A stretch of 64,000 bases of DNA from Eledone cirrhosa (GCA_964016885.1 OZ024743.1:203298001-203362000), one strand, 5' to 3'; positions 15,601 through 28,918 are shown, counted from the first letter of the stretch. Program-made: numbers and translations. Notes: a model not told the origin generated them from the sequence alone.

Positions 15601-16173
15601 TATATATATATATATAATTTATGATTGTTGTATAGCTCTGATTAATTGATTATTTTTGTAATTATATATATATATATTATATATATATATATTAATAATT
15701 ACAACAGTGACAAAAACAGATACTCAAGATCAGTTGGGTGCTGGGCTTCAATTCGTTCAGCCTGTCATAGAAAAAATAAAAACAAAGATAGCCGCCTCGG
15801 GTTGATGTGCTTTCCTGATAAGAATATTAGGAATATAACAAAAGAGTCTACACAGGGGCAGGTAATTTAGAAAAAAGTATTGAAAAAGGAGTTATGGACT
15901 AAGTGCACATACCCTTGGCTATTTCCACTTAACTTTTACTTCAGTGTATATATATATATATATATATACATACATATATGTATATATATATGTGTGTGTG
16001 TGTGTGTGTTTTAGTGTGTGTGAGTGTGTGTGTGGGGTTTTAAGAGCAAAAGTATTTAAAAGATCAAAATCCCATTAAAAAGACATTCAGAAGCATATGC
16101 AGTAAAGGACCAGACAGTACTATTTTAGTTGAAATTCATAGTAAAAGAGACACAGTAAAATACTCTATATCGA

Positions 16174-16308
16174 TAATTGTTTCTAATTTTGGCACAAGTC
16201 CAGCAATTGTGCCACTACTTTATTTTTTCGACACCATAAGGATGAAAGGCAAAGTTAACTTCGATAGGATTTGAACTCATATCGTAAAGGACCGTAACTC
16301 TATGTTGC
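16174..16308 (-). mobile_element. SINE family A
   Basis: Reverse complement of B-box, core and tail. Confidence 0.8.
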
Positions 16309-16605
16309 AATATACATATGTGTATGGGTGTGTGTATGTATGTGGGTGTGTGTGAGACTGTGCGTGTAATTTTGAGTTGGTAAGCATTCATGAATTAGAT
16401 AGTATTCTATACTGAGTGTAGTGTTAGCTATGATATTCATACAGTACTTAAGTACAGAATAAATATCACACACATACACACGTGTATGTTCAATTATGTG
16501 TGTTTGTTTGTATATTTATGTGTGTATGTGCGTGTATATGTATACACATATATATATGGGTAGGCGTATATGTATGTGTGTGTGCGTGTGTATGTATATA
16601 TATAT

Positions 16606-17600
16606 ATTAGAATTGGTGCTCTGAAATAGCGATATATATATATGAATGTATATATAGTGTATTTTGCAATACACTGTATGCATAATTAAAAGCATTTCGA
16701 AGACCTTGCGCTATTGTTTTAGAGTAGTGACAGTCTCACTTACTTTAATGTTCAGCAAACAGGGGGAGATAAAGCTGACAGAGCTCTGTTTTACACTTGT
16801 TGATGTTTATCAAAGCTAAGTAATCCGAATGTTTGCTGAAAATCATGAATGTTTGATTCTTATAGATTTCTAGCAATAATCAGGAACTGATTATACAGGA
16901 CGGTTGCCGGTCAAGCAGAAATTAAAAATTAGAATTAGTACTCTGGAATAACGATATATATATAAATGTATATATAGTGTATTTTGCAATACACTTACTT
17001 TAATTTTCCGGCAACTGCTCTGTATAATCAGTTCCTGATTATTACTAGAAATCTATAAGAATCAAACATTCATGATTTTCAGCAAACAGGCGGAGTACTT
17101 AGCTTTGATAAGCACCCACAAGTGCGAAACAGAGCTCTGACAGCTTTATCTCCCCTTTTTGCTGAACATTAAAATAAGTGAGACTGTCACTACTCTAAAA
17201 CAATAGCGTAAGGTCTTCGAAATGCTTTTAATTAAGCATACAGTGTATTGCAAAATACACTATATATACATTCATATATATATCGCTATTTCAGAGCACC
17301 AATTCTAATTTTCAATTTCTGCTTGACCGGCAACCGCTCTGTATAATCAGTTCCTGATTATTACTTAAAATCTATAAGAATCAAAGATTCATGATTTTCA
17401 GCAAACAGCCGGAGTACTTAGCTTTGATAAGCACCAACAAGTGCGAAAAAGAGCTATGCCAGCTTTATCTCCCCTGTTTGCTGAAAATTAAAGTAAGTGA
17501 GACTGTCACTACTCTAAAACAATAGCGTAAGGTCTTCGAAATGCTTTTAATTAAGCATACAGTGTTTTGCAAAATACACTATATATACATTCGTATATAT
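16606..17600. mobile_element. About 320-bp HHR-containing unit in tandem plus inverted array (retrozyme/pLTR-like)
   Basis: Unit at 16606-16925, partial to about 17005, then inverted copies 17007-17325 and 17326-17600. Each has agct-TTGATAA-gcac..gtgc-GAAAC-agagctct-G(T/A)C-agct or a close variant. Confidence 0.8.
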
Positions 17601-17764
17601 ATAACAAATAGTTTATCGGTCTACATGACTGAATACAATAAATATAATGAGTTTTCGAATATTAATAATAATTATTATTAATATTGGAAAAACTCAGATT
17701 ACATTTCTCTCTCTCTCTCTCTCTCTCTCTGTATATATGAAGGGTGTTTAACGTGAAGTTACTG

Positions 17765-17814
<50 letters not shown>

Positions 17815-17815
<1 letters not shown>

Positions 17816-20347
17816 CGTTTCTGAATTTGTTTAGCAAGATTCTTTATCTGAAAACGTGTTTTGAAACCGATATTGTTATACTTTGGGAGGGTCATGTTGC
17901 CAATAAGAAACACACGCACAAGTTGCTTTCACTTCAATTTATTAAAATAAATTTATAAATTTAGGAGTTTATAAATTTCCGGTCGGTTGGTTGGTTCCAC
18001 AACCAGATGATTGTTTATATATTGTCAAAGTTCTTTCGTCACAATTTCTGTGACCTCTTCAGTGACTGGGGATACTTTTCTTTGTTTTTGTGCCTCTCCT
18101 TTGTTCTGTCCTACGCCATCTTGTTTTTGTGTGTGTTGTGCGCTTAGTTTGCGCATGTGTTACATCCGGGTGTCTGTGTGTTTATATTTGTTTATTTATT
18201 TGTTTATTTACATGTTACTGGTTGGTTGTTGGTTCTATGTGCGTGTGTGTTTTCATTTTGTCCTTAATTGTAAGAGCATGAGGATAGGGAAAAAGACCTC
18301 AATGCCCATATGATGATGTGGACAAATATAATGCAGCCCAACAAAAGGACTGCCAACAACTTCCAGGCCTGGAACAATGACGTGCCAGCGTGGTATGGGC
18401 TTCGAAAAGTCCATAAAACGAGCAGTGACCCTGTCACAGGACCACCAACACGGCCAGTCTGTGGAGCTAACATTGCTAGTAACTAAAGACTTTCCTACTT
18501 CCTCTCCCTGATCATACGCCCCATCATTGAAATGTCCCCAGATATATGTGACAGCACGGAGGACCTCCTCAGCAGAATCGGCGAGAGTAACCGATCTAGG
18601 GACCTAACAAACTGCGTAATAGGTAGTATGCATGTTGTATCCCTGTATCCATCTATTGACGTGGATTTTGCTGTGGAGAAATGCGTAGAAATGATCAGTG
18701 AGAGCAATGTTGAATTCCGTGGGATTGATAGCAGTGAGCTGGGTCTCCTACTTAAACTTACCTATAGTAATGATTATCTAGATACATATGGCCTTAGCAA
18801 CCTGTGCCCTACAAGACCAGCAAGAGACAGACCACCTACCATTACGTCAATGGCCAAGAAAACACACAGAGATAGATGGAACGGGTGGATCAGAGCCATG
18901 CGGACCCCCGAAAACCACGATGAACTAAAGAAAATTATTGCACATGCGGTGGGGGGCCAGCATAAAATTAACCCTTAAGGAACATATGTTCAAATTTAAT
19001 GGAAAAACATATGCCCAAGAGGAGGGAGCAGCCATTGGTGTTAGAATTGCAGGTGACATAGCTAACCTATTCATCGTACGGTGGGACAATAGACTTAAAC
19101 TTAAAGAACAATTAGAAGACAGCAACCCCTTAACCCTGATAATGTACTCCCGCTACGTTGATGATATAAACATCGTAGTAAAAACACCCCCACTACAGAA
19201 CAGTCAGCAATTAGAGAAAAACACTATGGAAAGCATCCAGCAAATAGCTAACTCCATCCACCAGAGTATTAGAGTTACTATAGACTACCCAAGCAAACGC
19301 CCCAACCATTGATTACCCGTACAAGACACAGAGCTCTGGTTAGATACGACTAATAAAATAAAAAAATCCTCCATTCCCATTATGCCAAACCCATGACTTC
19401 CAAATATCTGATCCACCGAAACTCAGCTGTTTCGAACCATACTAAAATCAACATACTGATTGCGGATTTGGTACGGGTGATGAGAAACGTGTCCCGCATG
19501 TGCAACCCCAAAGAACTAGAGAGACATATACAACACTTCATCCACCGTATGCAGTTCTCTGGTTACAATCAGAGAGATAAAATCAGAGTCAGAACCAAAT
19601 GGGAAAAAATGGTAAATAATGACACAAATGGGACCTGCCCCTTGTATAGGAGCAAATTTTAGAATAGAATAGAAAGAACTAGGAATAAGGTTAAAAGAAT
19701 AAACTCATGGTATGATAGCAATAAATACCAGAGTGTAATGTTCATCGATACAACCCCTAGAGGTGAATTAGCTTACAAATTTAGAAGGGCCCTTGATAAA
19801 CATAAACTCAATATTAAGATAGTAGAAAGACCAGGTATCTCCATAAAAACACTTATTAGCAATACATACCCTTTTCAAAGACCTCCCTGTATAGATAAGA
19901 AATGTATAATCTGTAAATTAAGCCCCCATATTAACTGTAAAACTAGAAATGTAGCATATAGCATAAGCTGTACTGAAGGACATAGAATAAACAACCAGCC
20001 AGTAACATGTAAATAAACAAATAAATAAACAAATATAAACACACACAGACACCCGGATGTAACACATGCGCAAACTAAGCACACAACACACACAAACACA
20101 AGATGGCGTAGGACAGAACAAAGGAGAGGCACAAAAACAAAGAAAAGAATCTCCAGTCACTGAAGAGGTCACAGAATGTGTGACGAAAGAACTTTGACAA
20201 TATATAAACAATCATCTGGTTGTGGAACCAACCAACCAACCGGAAATTTATAAATTCCTACATTTATAAATGTATTATAATAAATTGAAGTGAAAGCAAC
20301 TTGTGCGTATGTTTCTTATTGGCAACATGACCCTCTTAAAGTATAAC
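17815..20347 (+). mobile_element. Decayed Penelope-like element: RT, truncated GIY-YIG, 3' pLTR and inverted 5' pLTR
   Basis: RT motifs VVSLYPSID, QEEGAAIG, YSRYVDD; thumb HRNSA..K; CIDKKCIIC..CKTRNVAYSISC. Frameshifts and stops. Inverted repeat 17876-18238 / 19981-20347. Confidence 0.92.
20156..20198 (+). ncRNA. Minimal type I HHR in pLTR (mirror copy 18024-18066 minus)
   Basis: gtca-CTGAAGA-g-gtcaca gaatg tgtgac-GAAA-gaac-TT-tgac. Confidence 0.75.
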
Positions 20348-20364
20348 TCTCTATATATATATAT

Positions 20365-22270
20365 AACAAGTTATAACAATGAAATAAAAAATCAAGTCAT
20401 TAGAAATATACTTCACTGCCTTACGATCGCTTCTATGTGATGATAATACATCGTAACTATACTTCGATATCGATCTATGTAATCTTAGTTACAAAATATC
20501 AGATAAAGAGAATATTTACTTACATTCATATCACCAGCTGTTGTCAAAAGCAATACTAATTTTATTCAAAATTAGTAGTAAATTAGTATTATGTTTAGTT
20601 CTATGACCTTGTTTGGAGGTAGTTGAAGAACTAACCAATCAGATTGTTTTTTTTTCCATATGATGTTAAGATGAAAAATAATTCTCTTTAGTTGAGGTCA
20701 TGATCCTTTGAAAGGAATGGTCGAATGGTGTTAATAATAGAATTGCCATAAAAAAATCTATTAGAAAGAAAGGGATTGTCAAATTGATAGTTGAATGTAT
20801 ATGGTATAGTGAAGTTTAAAAGGAATGTAAAAATTAAATGTTGAGCTGTGTTGTATGGAGTTTTTAGGTGAATATAAATTATGGTCATGGCTAGGAAAGA
20901 TAGTATATTAAAATATGAAAATTATAATAAGATAATTGTTTCTACTTTAGGCACAAAGGTAGCAATTACCCAGTACATTACTGGTACTTTATTGTATGGA
21001 CCCCGTAAGAATGAAAGGCAAAGTTAACCTCGGCGGGATTTGAACTCAGATTGTAAAGGGACGTAACTATGCTAGAATGTATGGCGTCCAACCCTCTACT
21101 GATACTGCCAAAAGATAATAAAATACAGTAATACAATAATATAATATAATTGTTTCTACTTTAGGCACAAGGCCAGCAAATACCCCGTACATTACTGGTA
21201 CTTTATTTTATCGACCCCGTAAGGATGAAAGGCAAAGTTAACCTCGGTGGGATTTGAACTCAGACTGTAAAGGGACGTAACTATGCTAGAAAGCATGGCG
21301 TCCAACCAAGTCGACATGTATTTATCTGAGTTTGATTATTTATACATAGGCATACTTGAAAGTATTTAAGGCGTATCATACGCTGTATTATACTAAGTAC
21401 AATTTACCACACCGTACTATATTGTATTACATTATATTATATTATTGTATTATTGTATTATCATTATATCGTATCATTGTATAAGGGCGGTGGATTGGCA
21501 GTATCGGTAGAGGGTCGGACGCCATGCTTTGACGCATGGAGTTACGGCCCTTGCCATTCTGAGTTCAAATCCCGCCGAGGTTAACTTTGCCTTTCATCCT
21601 TATGGGGTCGATAAAATAAAGTACCAGTAATACACTGGGTATTTGCTGACCTTGTGCCAAAAGTAGAAACAATTATATTATATTATTGTATTACTGTATT
21701 TCATTATCTTATTATAATTTTCATATTTTAATATACTATCTTTCCTAGCCATGACCTTAATTTATATTCACCTAAAAACTCCATACAACACAACTCAACA
21801 TTTAATTTTTACATTCCTTTTAAACTTCACTATACCATATACATTCAACAATCAATTTGACAATCCCTTTCTTCCTAATAGATTTTTTATGGCAATTCTA
21901 TTATTAACACGATTCAACCATTCCTTTTAAAGGGTCATGACCTCAACTAAAGAGAATTATTTTTCATCTTAACATCATATGGAAAAAAACAATCTGATTG
22001 GTTAGTTCTTCAACTACCTCCAAACAAGGTCATAGAACTAAACATAATACTAATTTACTACTAATTTTGAATATAATTATTATTGCTTTTGACAACAGCT
22101 GGTGATATGAATGTAAGTAAATATTCTCTTTATCTGATATTTTATAACTAAGATTACATAGATCGATATCGAAGTATAGTTACGAAGTATTATCATCACA
22201 TAGAAATGATCGTAAAGCAGTGAAGTATATTTCTACTGACTTGATTTTGTTATTTCATTGTTTTAACTTA
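20365..22270. repeat. Large inverted duplication containing three SINE A copies
   Basis: Unique sequence 20365-20935 is the reverse complement of 21705-22270. SINEs at 20933-21111 (-, later insertion, TSD AAGATAAT), 21147-21307 (-) and 21484-21674 (+). Confidence 0.9.
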
Positions 22271-22414
22271 TATCATGTTTTAACTTATATCATGACTCTG
22301 TTTTCCTTTTAATGTTTTATTGTTCTCCGGGATTTATTTTAACCTACATTTTCAACATATGGATTACATTGAGTTCCTCATGCAGACCAGACCCCACAAC
22401 TTACCGTGGTTATC

Positions 22415-22451
<37 letters not shown>

Positions 22452-22788
22452 GAAAATTCGTTCAATGTTACTGTGCTCAAATCTACTTGGGTTTGTCTAT
22501 CATATTCGTCTATTTGACCCTCCACATTCTTCTCTCTATCCTACGCTATCTCTACTTGTGTTTTTCTATCATATTCTATGCATCTTATTTTTAGCTGTAA
22601 CAATATCTCCTTATTCTTCTTCTTTCTCTATCTATTTTTTCCTTCTTCTCTTTCTTCTTCCTTTCCTTTCTATCTTTACTATATCTATCTCCCTTCCTTT
22701 TTCTCTCTCTATATCTTTATTATTAATATTATTATTGACGTTGTAATTTGAATTTGTAAATTTGCCGGTTATGCATATATATATATTG

Positions 22789-23095
22789 ACAGTTTCTGAA
22801 GATATGATGGGGCCAACATGTATTTTAAATTGAGTGGCACTACTTTCAGTGTTTAGCAATTTTTAGACAACTCTATCAGTGAAACAATTGTTAGACTGTA
22901 AATCTCCTTGTTTGTACTGTTGACCATGTTATTCTCCACTTTTTCAATTTTATTAATCCAAGATAAACTTACATAGGAATAGAAGTGAAATGATAAACTC
23001 GTCATCTACGTAAACCTCTTGTTCAGTCATACAACGCCGTACGCTAAAACTATCCATAATAAGAAGTATTCACAACCTCTAACTGTATTACCTAT
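22789..23095 (+). mobile_element. PLE pLTR-like element with large-stem-II HHR (22789-22899); related copy 55782-56075
   Basis: acagttt-CTGAAGA-tgatgggg...ctctatca-GAAA-caattg-TT-agactgt. The shared downstream tail encodes similar peptides (SHTTPYAKTIH / [11 protein letters not shown]). Confidence 0.65.
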
Positions 23096-23164
23096 AACGA
23101 TATCTTGTTATCCTCTCTCTCTCTATATATATATATATTCACAAATATACATGCCTATATATAA

Positions 23165-23420
23165 GTCTAGAGTCTGTCTTATGCCAGAAGGCTCATTTGG
23201 CTGGTGCCTATCCCGGTTCCAAGGCGTGAAGCGACTGAGGATACGACGCCAGTCCATCGCAGGGTTAAAGCCCCAGCTATTGCTGGTACTTATTTTCAGC
23301 TGTGTATACAGGAGCAACGCGAAATGAAGTGTTTTCCTCAAGAACACAACACGCAACCCAGGAATCGAACCCACGACATTATGATCGTAAGTCCAACACC
23401 CTTACCACTAGGCCACGTGC
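23165..23420 (-). mobile_element. tRNA-derived SINE, second family
   Basis: Reverse complement GCACGTGGCCTAGTGGTAAGGG...GGGTTCGATTCCTGG, followed by a CORE-like TTGAGGAAAACACTTCATTTC segment. Confidence 0.8.
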
Positions 23421-23442
23421 ATATATATATATATATATATAT

Positions 23443-23489
<47 letters not shown>

Positions 23490-23669
23490 TTATTCCGGGT
23501 TCAATCAGGGTTAACCACAGTAAGTAAGGTACTCAATAAATAGCAGAGTATAAATGTTTTAATATAGAAAAGCTTCTACAGGACTAGAACTGTTTCATTC
23601 GTGAGCAATCATCAGGAAGCTGATGATGATTACTCTCAAATGAAACAGTTCTAGTCCTGTAGAAGCTTT

Positions 23670-23672
<3 letters not shown>
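23490..23672. mobile_element. Fold-back HHR element, family E; intact HHR on minus 23571-23621
   Basis: Minus strand reads agcttc-CTGATGA-ttgctcacgaat-GAAAC-agttctagtcct-GTA-gaagct. Hairpin centre AGCT at 23618-23621. Same family as 46190-47230. Confidence 0.8.
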
Positions 23673-23700
<28 letters not shown>

Positions 23701-24148
23701 TCATATATATATATATATATATATTGTTATACTTGGGGAGGGTCATATTTGCGTAATATTGCCAGAATATATATATATTTATAGAGAGAGGGAGTGAGAG
23801 TAAGAGAGAGTGGGAGAGAGAGATCATTTTAAGTTAACAAACCTACTGACCATTAAGAAGAACAGCAAATCAATAGTTTTGGCAACAATCGAAGTACTGT
23901 GGATTAATTAGACGTTCCTGTAGGATATTCTTACAATTCACCATTGTCTAGCTCTTTAGCACAATTCATCAACTTAAGAGTTTCGACATTCTAGTTGAAA
24001 TAATTGATAATGTCTCTCGGTCTATGTTTTTATCTTATTGTGTTTCTCCTAAATCAGTCTCACCTTTTCTCTCTCTCTCCTTTTGTCTTTCATATTGTAA
24101 CAGTGTAGACAAACACACACATACACACACACACACGCACACATACAG

Positions 24149-24211
<63 letters not shown>

Positions 24212-24240
24212 AAGACACTTATGCATACACACATACATAA

Positions 24241-24302
<62 letters not shown>

Positions 24303-25199
24303 CGAAGGATGTGTGGTAAGGAACCAGATGGACCACAACGCACCAGAGTACTCAATACTTAGGGTAGTAGAGTGGGTAATATATATATATATCTTTCATC
24401 TCCTATTCCTTTACTAATGGACATTACACTGCTATAATTTTGTCACAATTCTGTTCTAAAATAAGGTCATCGTCTTGAATATAGATTTTAACTTTTCTTT
24501 TTCCATTCTTTTCCTGTTTTTCATTTACGTTATTATGCTATATTAAATGTATACATACATGTGCATTGAACGTAACACTCAAGCACATTCTCACCTGCAT
24601 ACATACAATTATGCAAAGATATTCATTACTGTATACTATATATTATACACATGTTTCACTTCCCACACACATACACGCACACACACTCTCTCTCCCTCAT
24701 ATATGCATGCATTTATTCACACATACAAGCACCTATTAAGCATACTGAAACCACCCTCCGAAATGCAGAACTACCAAACTCTAAAAACCCAAACAGAAAA
24801 GGTGCTACAAAACGGGGAGAAGTGAGGCAAAATTGGGATATTTTACATAATGAAAGCTATTCACAAAAGAAGACATCTCTCACCCACACCAAATTGGGTG
24901 GAAGATCTCACCGTTGGACGGGGAGAGTTGACAGGTCTGAAAATGTATTTTATGAACTTAATTTATAATCTGTATATAGTAGATGAACACATTAAAACTT
25001 CATAATATACAGACGACAACAAATCGCATTGTCTCGAACACATAAACCTACAACGTTAGCCAAAACTACTAATATCAAAACCTTTTTAGTAAATAAATAA
25101 GTATATACATCCGAAACAAGATACAAAAAAATATTACCAACATAATGTATAATTGTGATAGCAAACTTTAGAACTTCAAAATTTAAATTGTCTATTTAA

Positions 25200-25940
25200 A
25201 TTTCAGCTGCGCTTCGTGCACTGGTCTCGAGCAACACGGTACTCCAGCCCACATAGATGTCGTTAAGGAGCATTGGTCGACGAGTTCGGTCTGCACCCGT
25301 TAACTTCCTACCTTAGTGTATGCCGGTTCCCTCATAAAGCTGGTCTGAACGACAACATCAAAAGGAGCCTCCACGCAGCCGTGTTCCATTCACAGGAGGA
25401 ACCGGCTAGCCTCGACTGTAGCGATGGCAAGTGCTCCGATGGATTAAGCCAGTTCCCTTTCGATGGTGGAGGGATGCAAATCCCTAATTTGGGACGTGAC
25501 TCGTTCTCCACTTCCAACCTTGTCACTTCGACCACAAACGCGGGCCTCGCTGCAAGCAGTGTGGAGGAGAGGAAGATAGTCAAATACCGGAAACTGACCG
25601 ACCGCTTCCGCTTTGCATCGATTTCCGTCGATTTCCTCAGTAAAGTCGGAAAGACGGTAGCCCGCTAGAGGATGGAACCCCGCGAGGTGGGTGGCTGTTA
25701 CAGTGGATGACTGACTAATCTCCTCTCAGACCGGGGTGTATTGACCGATTCTCCCCCTTTCCCTTTCTTTCGTTGCTTGTTCCTTCTCTCTTTTTCTCCC
25801 TTGCATTTTCTTTTAATTCTTCCTTTCCATTCCCTTTATTAGTGTGTTTTGCTTTTATTAGATACTGCTCAATTACTTTGATGTAATACCAATGGCGATT
25901 CATGACATTGTAAGAATTTGTATATTGAATAAATATATAA
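25200..25940 (+). mobile_element. Decayed CRE-like non-LTR retrotransposon 3' end (restriction-like endonuclease)
   Basis: VDEFGLHPL...RFPHKAGLNDNIKRSL...EPASLDCSDGKCSDG..FPF..G matches the animal CRE RLE pattern EPxGLxRxDGKRPDG; A-rich end. Confidence 0.75.
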
Positions 25941-26508
25941 AACAGTTTGAAACAACACGATACTCTCCCTTCCGTTGGCCCATCATGAACGTATCAAAGC
26001 ATTAGCAATTGCAATACATTACATCACACCACACGAAATCTACTAGATGGGATAACATTAGTGAACAGCATATGCATATTCTATACAGGATTCCTCACAA
26101 AAATAGACAATGCCTAATAGAAGAATAACACAATACAATGCTAAATTAAACTGACAGACAAAGTACAGAAGTCACATACAAAAGCTACCTACATATCTAA
26201 TGGTTTTTAATATAGGAATAAGCCTCAAATCTGAGACATTGATACAGTCGATCATGGGATTAATAAAATGCAAAATATACTTCGGTCGGATTCAAATTCA
26301 GAACCTAAATATCGTAAGATATGTTGTCCGGTGTCCTAGCATTTTGTCGACCCAATGTAGATATTTAATAAAATAATGCAAATAATAGTGGACATTAATA
26401 TTCTAATATATTCCATTTTTATTTTAAATATATTTCATTACTACGACTTGTTCTCCTCCTTCATATTTATTCATATATTCATAAAAACAATTTGCACCAA
26501 AAGGGAAA

Positions 26509-26690
26509 TAATTGTTTCTACTTTTTGGCACAAGGCCAGCAATTATCCAGTGTATTACTGGTACTTTATTTTATCGACCCCGTAAGGATGAAAGGCAAAA
26601 TTAACCTCGGCGGGATTTGAACTCAGATCATAAAGGGACCTAACTCTATACTTCAAAGCATGGTGTCCGACTCTCTACCGATACTGCCAA
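26509..26690 (-). mobile_element. SINE family A
   Basis: 12-bp TSD AAGGGAAATAAT (26501-26512 / 26689-26700). Confidence 0.92.
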
Positions 26691-26765
26691 GGGAAATAAT
26701 AAGGGCAAATGTTAATGTGAAAACTACATTTCAATTTGCTGATCTTTCATATTTCCTCTCCTCAG

Positions 26766-26867
26766 GCGATGGCGGACATGGCTCAAACATTTGAGAAAAA
26801 CAACATATCTCCTAAGACTGAAGAGGTTTTTTTAACTGATGTGGCAGCAAAACTGGAAAATGTCAAG
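26766..26867 (+). CDS. Putative internal coding exon of an unidentified host gene (AMADMAQTFEKNNISPKTEEVFLTDVAAKLENVK)
   Basis: Polypyrimidine tract plus CAG acceptor (ttcctctcctcag), AAG|GTAAAG donor, 102 nt, open in phase 0, non-repetitive and coding-like. Confidence 0.6.
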
Positions 26868-27071
26868 GTAAAGTTACTTTCCGAAGTAAAGTCTTATTTC
26901 AATATCTTCTACTATTGTGTTATTTTTATTCCTGTTGTCCTCTCTAACGCTCTTTCTTCTTGTAGTTGTCATTGACGTTCTTTTTGTTTAGTTTGTTTAA
27001 GTTTGTTGCAATTACTGTACTTTACTTCGTTTTCTAGGCGTTTCTGTTTGTGTCCCAGTTGCTTGCGTTGG

Positions 27072-27091
27072 TACTACTACTACCACCACTT

Positions 27092-27136
<45 letters not shown>

Positions 27137-27155
27137 TACTACTACTATTAATACT

Positions 27156-27235
<80 letters not shown>

Positions 27236-27338
27236 AACTACTACTACTACTATACTACTACTACTACTAATACTAATACTTTTAATACTAATACTACCAC
27301 TGCGACTACTATTATTGCTGCTGCTACTACTAGTACTA

Positions 27339-27382
<44 letters not shown>
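27072..27382. repeat. (TAC)n microsatellite
   Basis: Direct inspection. Confidence 0.95.
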
Positions 27383-27584
27383 GTTATCTTTGTTCCATAG
27401 TTTCTATTTGGTTGTCCCTCTTGACTTATTGTTCGGGTTGGCCTTGTTATCTAATCGATATTTATCTTGTTTTTCTTGTTATTTTGCTTTTATAACTTTA
27501 TTAATGTTGTATTTACTGATGTTGTTATTGTGTTGCATATTCTTATTGTCGTTGATATTTAATTACTGAGTTAATATTTAATGC

Positions 27585-28918
27585 GTGGTGCCGTATCATG
27601 GCTTTGTGATTTGGGCTGTTGCTCTCAAGATGATAAAGTCCTGAACTCAATTCCCAAGAGCACGATTTGTGCGTCAACAAAACACGTTCCGTTGTTCCGT
27701 TCTACGCAGCTGAAGAAAACATAATTTCACTTCTGATTCAAAGGGAAAGTCTTGTCACAAACTTTTTATGCGTTAAATCCTGTGAGAACTATGTTAAGTG
27801 TATACGTATTTGTGGAATTTGTCAGCCGCTTATGCAGCAAGCTGTCCTCTTGTTCAAACACCTGGAACACTCATCGTCGAAATTGACGGCGGTCCAATAA
27901 AAAAAATATTTCTTTTATTCATTCACTGGATTGGCTTCTTAAATATTTAGTTTTGGGGTCATTTGTACAGTTATATTAATACAATTGTAAATATCAGCGA
28001 TGTAAAGGCTATACCGTCTCACAAGCCCGCAGGGTCACACCAACTACAGAATTCGTTGTAACAAAACATTTGTCGATCATATTGAAGTCTGGCTTTGCAT
28101 AAAATATATGACATATGCATTGTACCATGTGGAGTGTGTTGCTCTGGTTGTAGCTACATCACAGACATAACAACATGAACAGACAACTTTTAGTATCGCT
28201 ATTTTGGGAGTTTTATTGGTTAATTGAGAAGAGGAAAAAGCAGCCCATGGCTTTTTTCAGAGCCACTGAGTTAGAGCACAAGAAGGGAGAAAGTTGCTTT
28301 TAATGTGGATATATAGTCTGAATGTTTTTAGAGGTTTCAATCTTAAAAAGCATGTTAAATTTTAACACCACAATCCCAAAACAGGTCAGCGACAGGCTAC
28401 TACACTGCTTCCGTGTACCAGGTGTCATTAACTTGTCCCTGGAAGAAAAGATGATGCCCAAGGTGACCTTCCTGTGGGATTGAACCTGAAAACAGGCATT
28501 CACGTCGGAAAGCTCTTGATACACAAACTATATTTCGCTAAGCTTCGGTAGAGCGTTGGATAACATACTTTGTGGTAGGGAGTTACGGCCCTTTATGTTC
28601 TGAGTTCAAATCCTGCCGAAGTTAACTTTACCTTTCATCCTTACGAGTTCGATAGTATAAAGTAAATTATTGGGGTCGATTTAATCGATGTTACGCTCCC
28701 AAACATTGTTAGCCTGGTAAAAGGGCAAAAAATTGGCAGAATCTTTACTGCATCCTGTTACGATATTTAACATTCTGATTTCAAATCGCTCCGAGGTTAG
28801 CTTGCCTTTCATAATTACAGGGTCGATAAAATAAAATACCAGTAACGCACTGAGGTCAATCTAATCAATATTCCCCTCCCCCAAAATTGTTCGCCAGGAG
28901 CCTAAATCAGAAACCAAT
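27585..28918. mobile_element. Cluster of old SINE remnants (about 27585-27900 +, 28365-28520 -, 28545-28720 +, 28730-28918 +)
   Basis: Degenerate B-boxes and family A cores. Confidence 0.6.

Noticed and set aside
19310-19312. In-frame TGA in the PLE RT as possible selenocysteine (Naiad-like)
   Set aside because: It falls at an R/K position before LP.LD (likely CGA>TGA), the copy has other stops and frameshifts, and the endonuclease is C-terminal, unlike Naiads.
23360-23420. tRNA gene
   Set aside because: A/B boxes only, continuing into a SINE body with no full cloverleaf.
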